Source: Azolla caroliniana
Lineage: Eukaryota > Plantae > Polypodiophyta
Assembly (NCBI GenBank): GCA_043228905.1
Contig: JBHGNT010000014.1
Location: 2,604,001 to 2,668,000 of the forward strand
Reading direction: 5' to 3'
Length of the DNA stretch: 64,000 bases
The translations under genes and the position numbers were made by a program. The stretch's first letter is position 1. Each line of letters opens with the position of its first letter. The notes beneath the pieces were generated by a model, which saw only the letters and a list, made by a program, of their open reading frames with translations, did not search any database and had not been told where the DNA came from. Shown here piece by piece: positions 1 through 13,045 of the stretch.

Positions 1-542
1 AAGCTCGACTTTGCTCTTGCTAGGGATAACCGTTTTCCTTCCGGCCCGGCGTTGCCCAAACTGACAACCAACATCTCCAAGCTATCCGGGAGGGAACCGA
101 GCAGGAGTAGCACTAGTACCTCATCGGCGAGAGGTACTTCCAATGATGTTGCCTGTTGTATCAGCCCCTGGAAGGCATTCATGTGCTCCGCCATGCTGGA
201 GCCATCTTGGTACCGGAGTCTTACTAGCTTCCGGAATACCGAAACTTGATTAACAACATTTTTGTTTTGAAACATTATGCCGATCTTCTCCCAGAGCTCA
301 TGAGCCTTGCTCTCTTCATTGAAGTTGTTGTACATGCTCATGTCGATGAAGCACCGTATGTACGCCGTTGTCTTCATGTGCATCACCTCCCATATCGCGG
401 CATCGATTTTGTCCGGTCTCTTGTCCCCAAACTGAACCGGCAGCCAGAGGTCTTTAACCACGAGCATGTCCCTCATCTTCGACTTCCACACTAAATAGTT
501 GGAGCTGGTGAGCTTGAACATGCCGCCAAACGATTCGTCCAT
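1..542 (-). CDS. Copia gag N-terminus (partial, open to the window edge)
   Basis: Manual translation MDESFGGMFKLTSSNYLVWKSKMRDML...ELWEKIGIMF...LLLLGSLPDS, typical of Copia gag. Confidence 0.85.
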   Translation of the reverse strand, partial: MDESFGGMFKLTSSNYLVWKSKMRDMLVVKDLWLPVQFGDKRPDKIDAAIWEVMHMKTTAYIRCFIDMSMYNNFNEESKAHELWEKIGIMFQNKNVVNQVSVFRKLVRLRYQDGSSMAEHMNAFQGLIQQATSLEVPLADEVLVLLLLGSLPDSLEMLVVSLGNAGPEGKRLSLARAKSS

Positions 543-844
543 TTTCTGTGTCGAACCTTGCTCTGATACCACTTGACGGGAACCCAACGCACCTTATGCG
601 CAACGCTCGGCCACAACCGAGCTTAGAATGATACACAGAAAACGGGAAATAAATGCACGACACAAAGAAGAGGAAGATACACAGGAGGTTTACGTGGAAA
701 ACCCCAAACTAGGGGAAAAACCACGGCAGCCCACAGGCTGCAAACTGTCACTATGTAAGAATGTACAATAGTGAGTTCACTGAGGCAACGACCTCGTGCT
801 CACAGATCTTCGCCACAGGCGGCGGTTACAACAGAGGCAACGAC

Positions 845-901
<57 letters not shown>

Positions 902-1243
902 TGCCCCAACAAATGAATAACAACAACAACAGTTACTAAAAGTTTGCCCTAAGTCATATTTATACTAATATGACTTTTCGGCTATTTACAAATATAGCCT
1001 TGATGAACTCTCAGAAAACATATTTACGAATATGTCTCTTCATCCGGTTCATACCGGGTCTGCACCATCCGGCTCTCCGTAGCCGGGTACTCCTCATCGG
1101 GTCTTCACCGGGTCAATATCATCCGGCTCTCCGTAGCCGGGTCCTCCTCATACGGTTTCGGCCGAGGCATATCGGCCGAGGCCGAGTTTGTTCATCGGCA
1201 CTGTTCTTCTCCCTTCCCATCCGGAGGGACCTGTCTTCCAACA
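1..1243 (-). mobile_element. Ty1/Copia family A, copy 1: 5' LTR (574-1243), PBS (560-571) and start of gag; continues off the left edge
   Basis: GCTCTGATACCA at 560-571 is the reverse complement of the tRNA-iMet PBS TGGTATCAGAGC. The LTR has TG...CA ends and is homologous to 60720-61472. It interrupts the gag of a family B element. Confidence 0.9.
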
Positions 1244-4200
1244 TACTGTCTCGCATCCGGTGTGCATGATCAAATGCTCAACTACATCAAGGATGCAAAG
1301 ATACCGAAGGAGGCCTGGGGAAATCTGAGGAAGATTTTCGTCGCGAGTACCACAACCCGTAAGTTGCAACTCCAGCAAGAGCTGAACAACACCGGGAAAG
1401 AGACATGTTAGTTACGAATTACACCACCAAGATAAAGGAGATTTGCAACGCACTCGGGTCCATCAACGTGATGGTGGACGAAGACGAGATGGTACAAATC
1501 TACCTCGGTGGTCTTGCGCAAAGGTACGGGCCAATCCGGACAACGATCTGCACCCGGGAGAAACCACCGTCCTTCTTCGACTTGCAATCGATGTTGATGG
1601 TCGAAGAAAACCACGCGAGTGGGTCAAGGACCACTCAATCGGATGGCCGGATGCTGTACACGGAGACAGATCGGCCCCATGGATGTGGTGGACGAGGTGG
1701 GTTGGCACGCAATGGAGGTGGCCGACAAGAGCAGGACTGGAGGCACAGAGGTTGTGTTGACAACAATTCCGGACCCTCCACAATCAGGAGGAGTCAAAGC
1801 GGCGTCGGGAACTGGCAAGGAAAGGCCAACACAAAATGCTAGTACTGTGGCAAAAAGGGCCATAGAGAAAGTGAGTGCTAGAAGAAGTGCACCGATTCAG
1901 ACAAATCCGGATCCGGCAAAACCGGTCAAGAGAACCGGCAAAGCTCGCACTACGAGGAAGGATCAGAAGGATTCGGAACCGGGAAAACCGGTAAAGGGCC
2001 AACCTTCGTGATGAAGCACAAGGCTAACTCGATGAAGAAGACTACTTTTGGATCAGAGGAAGTATGGTACGTTGATTCCGGAGCGTCCAACCACATGACG
2101 AGCCATGAAGAGTGGTTCTCTTTTTTGGAGAAACTGGAACGACTAGGGATTGTCGAAACCGGAGACGACACCCCTCACCCGATTGTGCATGTCGGAGAAG
2201 TCCCTTTAAGCCATGTCAGACAGAAGGGGAAGCTGATGAACATACTACACGTTCCGACTATCATAAAGAACCTGGTGTTAGTTGGGCAAATCGTCGACTA
2301 GGGGATGCATGTGCGGTTTACGCACCTAGGGTGCTTCATCGAGAAAGAGGGCCGGATAATTGCGCAAGGGCGCAGAGAAGGGAGGATGTTCATCCTCAAC
2401 ACTAATGACGTTGGCACCGCCATGTTTGCCAAAGGGCAGAAGGTCGAGTTGGACATCGACCTGTGGCACAAGCGGATCGGCCACGTCAACTATCAGAGGC
2501 TTCAAGACCTGCAATCGAAACAAGTCATTTTCGGTTTGCCGAAATTTAGTGGCCGGAAGGCCGAAATTTGTGAAGCCTGCCAACTCGGGAAGCAACACCG
2601 GCTTCCATTCCCCACCGATCAAAACCGGAGCCATAACAAGCTCGATTTACTCCATTCAGATATATGGGGACCGGCACAAAACGTTAGTCTTGGCGGGAGT
2701 CGGTATTTTGTCTCCTTCATCGACGACTACAACCAACACACGTGGATCTACCTCATTGAGAGGAAGAGCAAACTCTTCGAGTGTTTCCGGAACCTTCAAA
2801 GCTTGGTTGAACGGGAAACAGAGAGGAAGATCAAGTGCCCGCGGTCGGATGACGGGAAAGAATACTTTTCTGGCCAATTCAACAGTTATCTAGAGCAAAA
2901 CGGAATTTGGAGAGAATTCAGCTGCAAGTACACACCGGAGCAAAACGGTGTGGCCGAAAGGAAGAACCGGTCGATTGTCGACACGGCAAGGGCAATGTTG
3001 GAGGAGAAGAGCATGCCCCATTTCTACTGGGCCGAGGCGGTCCGGACGGTCGTCTACATCCAAAATCGAATTGGTGACAAGGTGTCAGCACATGAGCTGT
3101 ATTTCGGGCGAAAGCCGAATTTGAGACACCTTCGGATATTCGGTAGCATAGCATATGTGCATGTACCGGATGAGAAGCGAAGGAAGTTGGATCCGAAGTC
3201 GAAGAAGTGCATTCTAGTCAGTTACTCGCATCAGCAAAAGGGGTATAAGTGCTATAACCTCCGGACTAAGCAGGTCCGAGTAAGCCAAGATGTCGAGTTT
3301 GATGAGACGGCATCATGGTACTCCTTACCGACTCCAACTCCCGACAAAGACCTGATTCTGGAAGATGAGGCTAGTGAGCCTCAGGAGGTCCAGGTAAAAG
3401 ATGAAGATTTTGGCACTCTAGAAGAGAGTCCGATTTCATTCCAGTTGAGTGGACCGAATGAGCGGCTGAGTCGGGATGACCAATCGGATGAGGAACCGGC
3501 GAGTAGTGGAGACTCTGCCATGCTCTCCCCGCGCAAGGAGAAAGGGAAGAAGGAGATGCCGGAATACGAAACTAGCAACGTTGAGTCGGATCAGAGCGAA
3601 TCCGACTCCGGAAAGGATGAAGGCGGATCTTCGGGAATGAAGTCCGACCTGGCCAAGAAGGGCCCCAAACAGGGTAATACCAAGTTACGCCGGTCTTCCC
3701 GCCTGAAGAACCCCGTTATGCGGTACGGGTACAATGAGTACCCTAAACCCTCCCGGTTTTCAGTTGGAGATGAACAAGTCAGAGGTGTGACGGCTCAAGA
3801 AGTTGCTTTACGGTCTGAAACAAGCCCCCCTAGCTTGGAATGCGAAGATCACACACCGATTTCGTAAGATGGGGTTTGTGACCTCTAAATCTAACTCGTC
3901 TTTGTGCATCCGGCAAGGTCCGGACGGTTTGGTTTGCATCTTGCTTTATGTAGATAGATTTGGTCATCACCGGACCTGGACTCAATGAAATCGGCCGAGT
4001 AAAATCCCAACTGTCGGGCGCATTTGAAATGAAGGACCTGGGGGACCTTCATTATTTTCTTGGGATCGAGGTGATCTAAACCCCCGATGGCATATTGCTC
4101 TGACAACGACACTATGTGTTGAATATGTTGTACAAGTTTGGTATGACGGAGTGCCGACCTGTCTTCACACCCCTGGACCGGAACCAGAAGCTCTGTCCCA

Positions 4201-5927
4201 ACTCCGGACCGGCCTACGATGAGAAACGGTTCCGACAAATCGTCGGAAGCCTGATATACTTGACAATCACTCGACCCGACCTCAGTTACCCGATCGGAGT
4301 GATTAGCCAGTTCATGCAAAAGCCAATCGTCAAGCACCTTCAATGCGCACATCGGATACTCCGATATGTGAGTGGCACGAAGGACCGGGGATTGTTATAC
4401 CGGCATGGTATAACCGAAGAACTAGTCGGATATCCAGATGCCGATTGGGCGGGTGATGCATCAGATCGCCGATCCACCTCTGGTTACATGTTTTCTCTAG
4501 GTAGCGCGACTGTTGCGTGGAGCAGCAAAAAGCAGCCAACAGTGGCTCTATCGAGTACTGAGGCTAAATATCGGGGCGCTACCAATGCCACATGTGAAGC
4601 CATCTGGCTTCGACGACTATTGCAAGACTTGCGGATTGAGGTCCCGACCCCAATCTTGATCTACTGTGACAACATGAGCAACATTCAGCTCGCCAAGAAC
4701 CCCGTGTTCCATGCTCAAACGAAGCACATAGAAGTGCATTATCACTTCGTGCGTGAGCGGGTTTTGAGCGATGACGTTGAACTTTGGTATGTTCAGACGG
4801 ATCGGCAAGTTGCCGATATCTTCACCAAACCACTCGGATCAGACAAGTTGCAACACTTCACCGAAATGCTTGGTGTTCAGCATCTCGACGTGCCGCACTT
4901 GAGGGGGAGAAAAGGAAAGGGAACGGATGGCACCAGACAAGGAGCTGAAGAGGAAGAAAGAACCAACAAAGGGGGAGACAAGAGGAAAAAGGAACCCGAG
5001 CTGACCAAAGGAGTCAGCACATCCGAAAAGGTCAGAACAAGCAGCAGCAGCTGTAGAGTCAAGAAGGACAGAGCCAACCGGAAGAAAACGGCCAAGACCC
5101 GGACACGGTCTGCAGTGGTGAAGGGCCTGAAACCGGAAGACAAGTTGGAGAACACCAACTCAAACAAGGGCTGGAACGAATCAAAGGAAACCAATTTGGT
5201 TCAAGATTCGGATAAGCCGAATAAACTAAAGGCCAAGTGGACACGGACGTAGCGGAAGTCGACGCCAACACAAAGGAACCGACAGGTCGACAAGTGTCGG
5301 AGTCACAACAGTGAGGGAGCTGAAATGGGCTTGTTGAGCAGTCAAGCCGACCGAGGAGGTCGAGGTGCGCAGTACCGGACGGGTTGCTGGAAGCGGAACC
5401 GGACCGGACGAGGAGCGCGAGCAAGGCGGTACGACACCAGAAGGAGTCGGGTGGAAGGACCGGCTACCGCGGACACTAACACCATGATCCGACCTCAAGT
5501 TAAGCTTGAGGGGGAGTGTTGAGCGAGCAAGCTCAACCAGATCCGGATCAGCATCCGGAAGGATGAGCCGGATCGGTATCCGGAAACAACCGGCCGGATT
5601 AGGAAGCCGGATCGAAGAGCCGGATTCGAGCGGGAACCAGAAGCCTAGTAGTAGCCTAAACTACTAGGTAATCATTGTCTTGTAGTTAGTGTCCGTCACA
5701 CTTGTGAGCATTGAAGTACTTGTCAGTACTTTATGGACTTGTATAAATAGTGTTGTTTAGCACGTTATATCTAGAGAGTTTTAGAGTTATTTTTTGAATA
5801 TAGTTTTATGTTCTACTCTCTCTGTCTCCTCTGTGTTTGAAGCTTTTCCATTAAACCTTCATCTCATTTTCTGTTGCTATCCGGCTGAGCCGGTTCTACC
5901 TGACGCTTCCGCACATTAACATTCACA
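1244..5927 (+). mobile_element. Ty1/Copia family B, copy 1 (degenerate): gag-PR-INT-RT-RNaseH remnants, PPT 5508-5516, 3' LTR 5517-5927
   Basis: ORFs: 1405-1842 (gag), 2008-2301 (WYVDSGASNHM protease), 2305-3867 (HKRIGH/CEAC, HSDIWGP, EQNGVAERKNR integrase), 4116-5252 (DADWAG, STEA, CDN RNase H). Stops, frameshifts and loss of the first part of RT at about 3742. The LTR TGTTGAGCG...TTCACA matches 51134-51596. Confidence 0.92.
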
Positions 5928-6830
5928 GCATCAAACTATGGAAGCACTTCAACTTCTCGAGTAAGGATGGGGAGCAATGAATAGTGCGGCTCTTGAGTGT
6001 TGCCAGCAACTCATGGTAGATTTTCGAAAGGAATTTCTCTTATCTATAGGTGCATTGGCAACAACCAATATGGCATCGGGAGGTTCAATAAGTCGGAAGC
6101 AACAAATTGGTGTGAAAAGAGGAGCCACACTGGGCCTTTTACAAGATCTTATTGTCCGCTCCCCAAATATGACTAGAACACATACCGATAGACTACAGAG
6201 AGGTGCTCGTCATGCTAAGAGGCAGTTTCCAATACATGACACTGAGAAGGTTTGGTGTTTGCATTGTGATGGTTTGACATTGACTTCAAGAGACTCCAAT
6301 GAAAATTGTTGCAAAAATTGTGGGTGTATCGTGCCATCCTTTGAACAAGAACCTTGATCTTGATCTCATAGTTTTTTATTACATTACATCACGTGATTTT
6401 TATATGTTAAATTGTGCAATTTTGTATTTTGAAAAAGTTTTTGATATTTTTGAGTAATCTTAGCATCTTTTTTATACAATGGGCTCTTCAAAAATTTAAA
6501 TTGGGTACCCGGGTTATGCGCTTGCATCCTGGTTAGGTTTAGGTACCTGGATTAGGTTCATGTACCCGGGTTAGGTGTGACAGAGGCTTGTCAGACCCGT
6601 GTTAGATGCGATAGAGGCTTGTCAGACTCGGGTTAGATGCGACGGATCCGATTGTCAGACCTGGGTTAGATGTGACAGAGACTCGTCAGACCCGGGTTGG
6701 GTTTTAGGCACGCTTTTTGTGGATAGAGATTGAACAGTGCAGATCACACATGCCATGGACCATCCGTGGTGGTGTCCACGATTTCCTCACTAGGCCTAAC
6801 TATAATTTGGTTGCAATTAGAAACGAGCGG
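5928..6830 (+). mobile_element. 3' part of a Mutator-like (MULE) element: transposase C-terminal fragment, subterminal repeats and right TIR
   Basis: ORF 5977-6357 (KQQIGVKRGA...QDLI...CLHC...CKNCG) is homologous to the end of the transposase at about 14490-14734. About 30-bp GGGTTAGATGCGACAGAGGCTTGTCAGACCC-type repeats lie at 6510-6700. Segment 6700-6830 resembles the TIR at 16260-16407. Confidence 0.65.
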
Positions 6831-7889
6831 CATACATACATAACCGACGTGTCTATTATGACACAAATCATTAATAGGGCTGGAGAGGGAATCACAACCC
6901 TGGACAGTGCAGGTTGCTCGAAGCATGGCGCGCGCGATCTGCACCGTCTGATTTGGATAATAAAAAAACACATGACCGAAAATGTTGTCCTCGGTCGCCC
7001 AACCCTATCAGAGGTCACCCAACTACCTATTGTTGTCACCCAACCTACATATTCTTGTTGCCCAACCAACCTATTGTGGTCACCCAACCAAGTTTAAATG
7101 TGGTTGCCCAACTTGCCATTTAAGTTTGGTCACCCAACCAAGTTTAAATGTGGTAGCCCAACTGAGTTTTAATGTGGCCATGTGGTTGCCCAACCGAATT
7201 TTAATGTGGCCCAATCTTTTAACCGACGACTATAAAACCCTAAAACATGTCATTATCTCTCAATTTTTCAAACGAGATTGACAAGTTTTTTTGTTCGGAA
7301 AGCGAGTTTTCTTCAAGCGGCTTGCAATCAACAATCCTTGCAATCACTTCTACAATCGGCGCCCTACTATTTCCTAGGTATGTATTTGTGTTTGTCTCTA
7401 CATTTTCTGAATTATTTTTTTGATGTGGTTGGATTTTTCATGTCGAGGGATTAGGGTTTGGGAGAAGGTTTTGGTTGATATTATGATTTTAATGTGATAT
7501 TATGGCTTGATATTAGAATGATAGGGAGAAGGTTTAGGGTTTAGCACGGTAGTATGTTTGTAGAAACTGTTTAGGGTTTGGTTGATACAATGAATAGGTT
7601 TATTCTCAGAAACAGTTTACAAAAGGTTTAGAACATGTTTATTGATATGTGATCTTAGAATGTTAATGGTTTACGGTTGGAGTGTGTTGATATTTGCTTG
7701 ATATTGAATTTAATTAGCTTGATATTGATTATTAATGATATTATGATATTCACTTGATATTGATTATTAATGATATTATGATATTAGCTTGATATTGATT
7801 ATTAATGATTTATAGTTGATATTATGATGTGGCCCAAGTTTAGAACAAGTTTAACTCATTGATCATTGAATAGACTTGCTTTGTGGTTG

Positions 7890-10258
7890 AGTATTGCTGC
7901 CTCTCGCCAAGGTGGTATCACGAAAAATGCAACATGGAAACACATTTATGCAGGGCACATGGAATTGACATAGTCCTACCATGAGGGATGCAGATAGAGG
8001 AGGAGGGTACTCCGGTCTCGTTAAGGATTCCGTCCATAGGAAGAAAAAAGGGCTGGATGCGTGCCCACAATAGTAGCAATACACCTTCCGTGCATTGCTA
8101 GATTCTACTTTTGGCGCGTTACCCAACTGAAAACCAGATACTACCCAGTTGGGCTCCTCTATCCTTCGTTGTTCCGATTGAGCACTAGTTAGGCTTCTAT
8201 CCGGCTCCCATTGGTAATCCTTCGCCGGTTCCCGACACTCCTCTTTTCGAGCGTTCCGTTTTTTATTATACCGTCAGTTGTTCTGATACCCTTGTTGACG
8301 CCGATCATCATCGTCTCCCCGATGATCCTCTCTCCTCCTATTGTAGCCGAGGGAGTAATCTCGATCATAATGATCACCGTTGTAGTCTTGGCTTCGATAA
8401 TTCCGGTTCCGGTCATAATCGTCCCGTCTATCGCTGTATCGGGCGTCTTGTATCGGTCTGTAGCGATCGTCTCGCCGAAAACGTTCTTCTTCATCCTCTC
8501 GGTTGTTCCGACTTTCGATGTGCCGGACTAGTGCAGCTTGCCGATTTAGTAGGTTGTATTCACAACGGTCCATTGTGTGTGACCGGGAATGGCATATCAT
8601 GCATTGTGATCTCATCGTGCACTCTATTGTTGAGTGCCTGGGATTAAGGCACGTCGTGCATTGGACCGCTTGGCGAAAGCGTAGGTCCTCCTCTGTAGGG
8701 AGTGTTCTCTGGAGTGCTCCCATCGTCAACCACGAACTATTTTTGTCCATCTCCATGACCCGGTCAATGACGTGGTCTATTGTGATGGTTCGAAAATCTA
8801 TGACTGCACACACGGTTCGGAGGGGTTCCCGGAGCGCTGCCAAAAATACCACTTTCACTTCTTTTTCTAGTGGTGCTCTGGTGAGTTGACTATGCATCGT
8901 CTGGAACCGGATAATGAATTGTTGAATGGTTTCTGATGGGTCTTTTCGTGTCATATAGAATTGCCCGACAATTTCTCTTTGATCCACCTGTCTGTGGAAG
9001 AATCGTAGAAATCTTGTTTTTAACTCGTCAAACGTGGCGTGCTGCCGAGGAGGTGCTTAGAGTGCCATCGTGATGCTGGTCCCTCCAAAGTCATGCCGAA
9101 TTCTGCTATTTTTGATCGTTCGGCCTCTGCTTTTGTCAGTCGTTGGGAGACATGGTTCGCCTCCCATGTTTGGAGAAACGCGTATACGTGGGCTTCCGTG
9201 TCTGGGTCATCCCGATACTTCGGATATTGGTACGACATTGTGTCATCGTCTTCTTGTGCTGCAGGGGGCGGTGTCGGAACTCGTTCCTCTTGTTCCGTCG
9301 GTGACTCTGGTTTTGGTGTCGGAACTCACTCCTCTTGGTGATCCATGCCGGTTGTTTTGTCTGGAGCTTCTGGTTTTGTCGTTTCCAGCTCCGGTTTTGT
9401 TATTTCCAGCTCCGGTGTCGGTATGTGGTCTGACTCGTCATTTTCCGGGTAGTCTGGGGTATCGTGGCTACTACGATAATTCGATTGGACGTTGTGTTCG
9501 TCGTTCGAATTCCATTCGATGGCGGAGAACGCTTCCGAACCGCCATTCTTGCGGCAAGTGTTTGTAGAATGGACTCCGCTTCCTACAAATTGCTCAGACT
9601 ACTTCCTTCGTCCGGGTGGTGGTTCTGTTGCAATCAGAGTGACTCCTCCGTGACCCGCCTAATCACTCTGGAAAAAGACTGATCCGACCGGATCTCCTCT
9701 GTTGCCTGCTAGTAAGCCTCCCGCTTCCGTAGCCTCCCGCTGCTTTGTGCAGGAATCGTGGTCACCAAAACTATCCTAATCCTGGGCTGGACAAGCCACT
9801 AACATAGGGTGTCCTTCCGGAACACTTCACCAAAGGGGTGGTACGGTAAGGGATGGAAGGACCACAACACAGAGTTGTTCCTCTTCCGATTGTTATCCAG
9901 ATCTATTAGTCACGTGCGTAGAATAAACATTATTAAGCACAGAACGGAAATAACAGGATAGACAAGATATGAAAATAACAGCACGCCTCTATTCATTATC
10001 CGTCCCTGATTACATCATATCTGGATCCTTTTATAGGTATTCAGCTGTGTTACAAACCGGTGCCAACCAGCAACCGGTCCGGATCTGGATCGGCATACCG
10101 ATTCCGGGTCCGTCCGTTCGCTTTTATAATTATAATAATTAATTCCTATTACAACTCCCTTTATCCCAAACCCGGCTCCCCTTTCATACTTAAGCCTAAC
10201 CGCCCAACAATGGGCACGAAGAGTACTGGGATTTGCACCTGAGATCGGTGGCCCCATA
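7890..10258 (-). mobile_element. Ty3/Gypsy-like fragment: one LTR (about 9772-10258) plus frameshifted gag, no pol
   Basis: ORFs 9020-9238 (YPKYRDDPD...EFGMTLEGPASRWH) and 8274-8987 (retrotransposon gag with tandem Zn knuckles). A TGG-starting PBS-like site follows a short T spacer at about 9755-9767. Confidence 0.7.
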
Positions 10259-10579
10259 TTGTAAAATTTGGATTGGCTACAAATTTTTTATCATGGTTGT
10301 CATGGCCACAGATATTAGACCTTGGTTGTCATATAATGGATATTATGTATACGACGAATATTGTAAATATTGTCATATTATTTGTACTGGAGCGGATGTT
10401 GTAAATGTGGTATTATATTTTGTTATAGACGGATGTTGTAATATGGCCACCACTTTTTGTATAGCAAGTAGTGACTCATTGTATATCGAAAATTACCGAT
10501 TAATGGAAAGTTGTTTATCTCAAGTATTGGTAATCTTGGTAATCTCAAGTGTTGGTCTCTTGCACCTAAACCTATTTTA

Positions 10580-12621
10580 TTTTATTTTTCCAAAAAAAGA
10601 TACTACATTAGTATTAGAAAACCGCCATAAGGCTAAACATACAAGCTATACCGATCCCCTATATTTTTCTAAAGTCTAACCATTGGCTTGAATAAACACT
10701 TTGGTGTTGAGTAGAACCACTCCACCTTACCAAAATACCATCTATAAAATATACCTATGTCCCAAATGGCATGAAACTCCACCCGCCTAAGCTCCGCTTG
10801 ATGCGTATTACCTTTTATACCATCCAAAATCCCTCTAAGATTATGTACAATCTCTATCCAAATTCCGGAGATTATTTGAGCAGGTCTTTCAGTCATATTT
10901 TGAAATACCTTCAAACATCGAGCCTTCCAAATATACCAAATTGTAATACTGCTTACCAATTGCCATATTTGAGGTTTATCAGTTTGTATTTGTGGATTCG
11001 GAGGGATCAAAATTTTTTCCATCATACCATGCCTCACCATAATAGCATCCGCAACCTCCTCATGTTCATATTCCATCGGTTTATCATGTACCGCTGCCCA
11101 TAATACTGCACCCCATGTGTACACTGCTCTAGGATATATTGGAATTAAAAATTTTATAATTTGTTTCCATATATCCATAGCAAAACCACAACTCCACAAA
11201 CAATGTTTAGCAGTCTCTATTACATCTGTACAAAAAGGACACATCTTGTCTACATTTCCTTTTCGCCACCCATTAACTGGTATAGCATTATGAACCAACA
11301 ACCATCGAAAACCAACAATTTTCCTACTCATCTTTATACCCCATAACCATTTCCAAAATTGTTTAAGATGTTGTGGAGAAAGTTCATTTCGTCTCCAAAC
11401 AATATTTGCAGTTGGTTCTTTCCATGATCTAGCAGCTAATACTTTCCTACCAATCCTCACAGAATACTGAAAAAACGGCACATATTTGATGTTATCTTGC
11501 ATCCTCACCTTCCAATACAGTTCTCCAGGATCCCAAGTTAGTGTAGATATTGATCTCCTTTCCAAAATCCAAATCCTCCACAAACAATTCACCTTTTGAG
11601 GATCCGGGTCTAATACCCAATTTGATCCATCATTTGCAATCACCCTCACTTCTTTATGTAAACAAAAACTAAACAAATCATGTTCCATAGATGTACAGAT
11701 TAACCTACCATCATCCTGTACATCAAAAGTCATGCATTCTTGTTCCCCAATATAGGCTTTCACTCCAATTAAAACATCCAATGGAGTAAATAAACCCATC
11801 CACTTGTGTGTAGTATATCCAATTTGCATTTGAACATTAACAAGGGCATTCTGGATCGCAGAATACATTATCTTCCCACCCCTTATATTACTAATTAATA
11901 GCATTTGTTGATCTATAGATTTAGACAAAAAAGTTATCCATGCACCTATAGACTGTGCTGGCCCACGATCTAATTCTGCCCATGCACATTTAGTACGCTT
12001 TCCCAACATTTGTCCTCTTAGGTCAGTCAACCATGAATTCCAAATCAGCGGTTGCCTACAGAATTCAAATTCTGTTTTTGGCAATGTCTTAACTAAATCA
12101 CGAGAAATATCTTTCCATGCTTTAAGAACACATCAAGCAAATCTATCTTCCCAACTTGTAGCAATAGCCAATTTATTATGTTCCATAAAAGCCCATCTAG
12201 CACTAGGCGTCCAATCTCCACCCGTCTTGGGACAAAACCTTTGCAATTCATAAAACAACAATTGTTTCCAAGGTTCCGATCCTGGCAATAATCCTCGAAT
12301 CACCAATTTTGCCATTAAAGCTTTCGATTGTTGTAATGGATCCACAATCCCTAATCCTCCTTGATCCAATGGCTTAACAATTGTGGACCAAGAGACTTTT
12401 GCCCTAGCATGGCTTCCATCATTACCAGACCACAAATAATTTCGAATCAATCTTTGCAATTGTCCCATACATGATCTCGAAAAACTCCAACATGACATAA
12501 TATACCAGAGACTAGACAACAAAACATGATTAACGACTATCACTCTACCCGCAAATGATAGTTTAGCTTTACTCCAAAACATAAGTTTTTTCCTAATTTT
12601 CAATAACAAAGAAGCAACCTC
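10580..12621 (-). mobile_element. 5'-truncated L1-clade LINE (RT C-terminus and zinc-finger domain) with 11-bp TSD
   Basis: ORFs 12133-12609 (LSFAGRVIVVNHVL...GGLGI) and 10669-12084 (CPFC...ETAKHCLWSC, IWYIWKARC). A-rich tail at about 10580-10590. AACCTATTTTA occurs at 10569-10579 and 12622-12632. Confidence 0.88.
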
Positions 12622-12627
12622 AACCTA

Positions 12628-12805
12628 TTTTAGATTCAAAGATATGTTGTTTTCTCAATCATAGTGTGATTTGTGTCTGGTGTTTTTCAAAGATATGTTG
12701 TTTTCATACATATGTTTTAGATTCAAAGATATGTTGTTTTCGCAGTCATAGTGTGATTTGTGTCTGCTGTTTTTCAAAGATATGTTGTTTTCATACATAT
12801 GTTAT
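12628..12805. repeat. Tandem duplication, about 88-bp unit with internal AAAGATATGTTGTTTT subrepeats
   Basis: Direct repetition of TTTTAGATTCAAAGATATGTTGTTTT...CATACATATG. Confidence 0.8.
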
Positions 12806-13045
12806 TTCATAACTATTCAGGTCGTCCAACCCTCTAAAATATGGTCTCCCAACTTGTTTAAAAAATATATCTTCTTGTAAATCAAGTCTCCCAACCCTCT
12901 TAAAAAACATCTCTTCTCATAAATAGGTTGAACAACCTATTTTAATATGGTCACCCATCTAATTACATCGAGTTTTTCTTAAATTTTCAATTAATCACAT
13001 TCTGTTATCCGATTAATCACTAACAAAGGTAGAAGTGATCGAGAT

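Noticed and set aside
6510-7210. Spaced short repeats as a CRISPR-like array
   Set aside because: The units are degenerate with no unique spacers, there are no cas genes, and the context is eukaryotic. They are transposon subterminal repeats.
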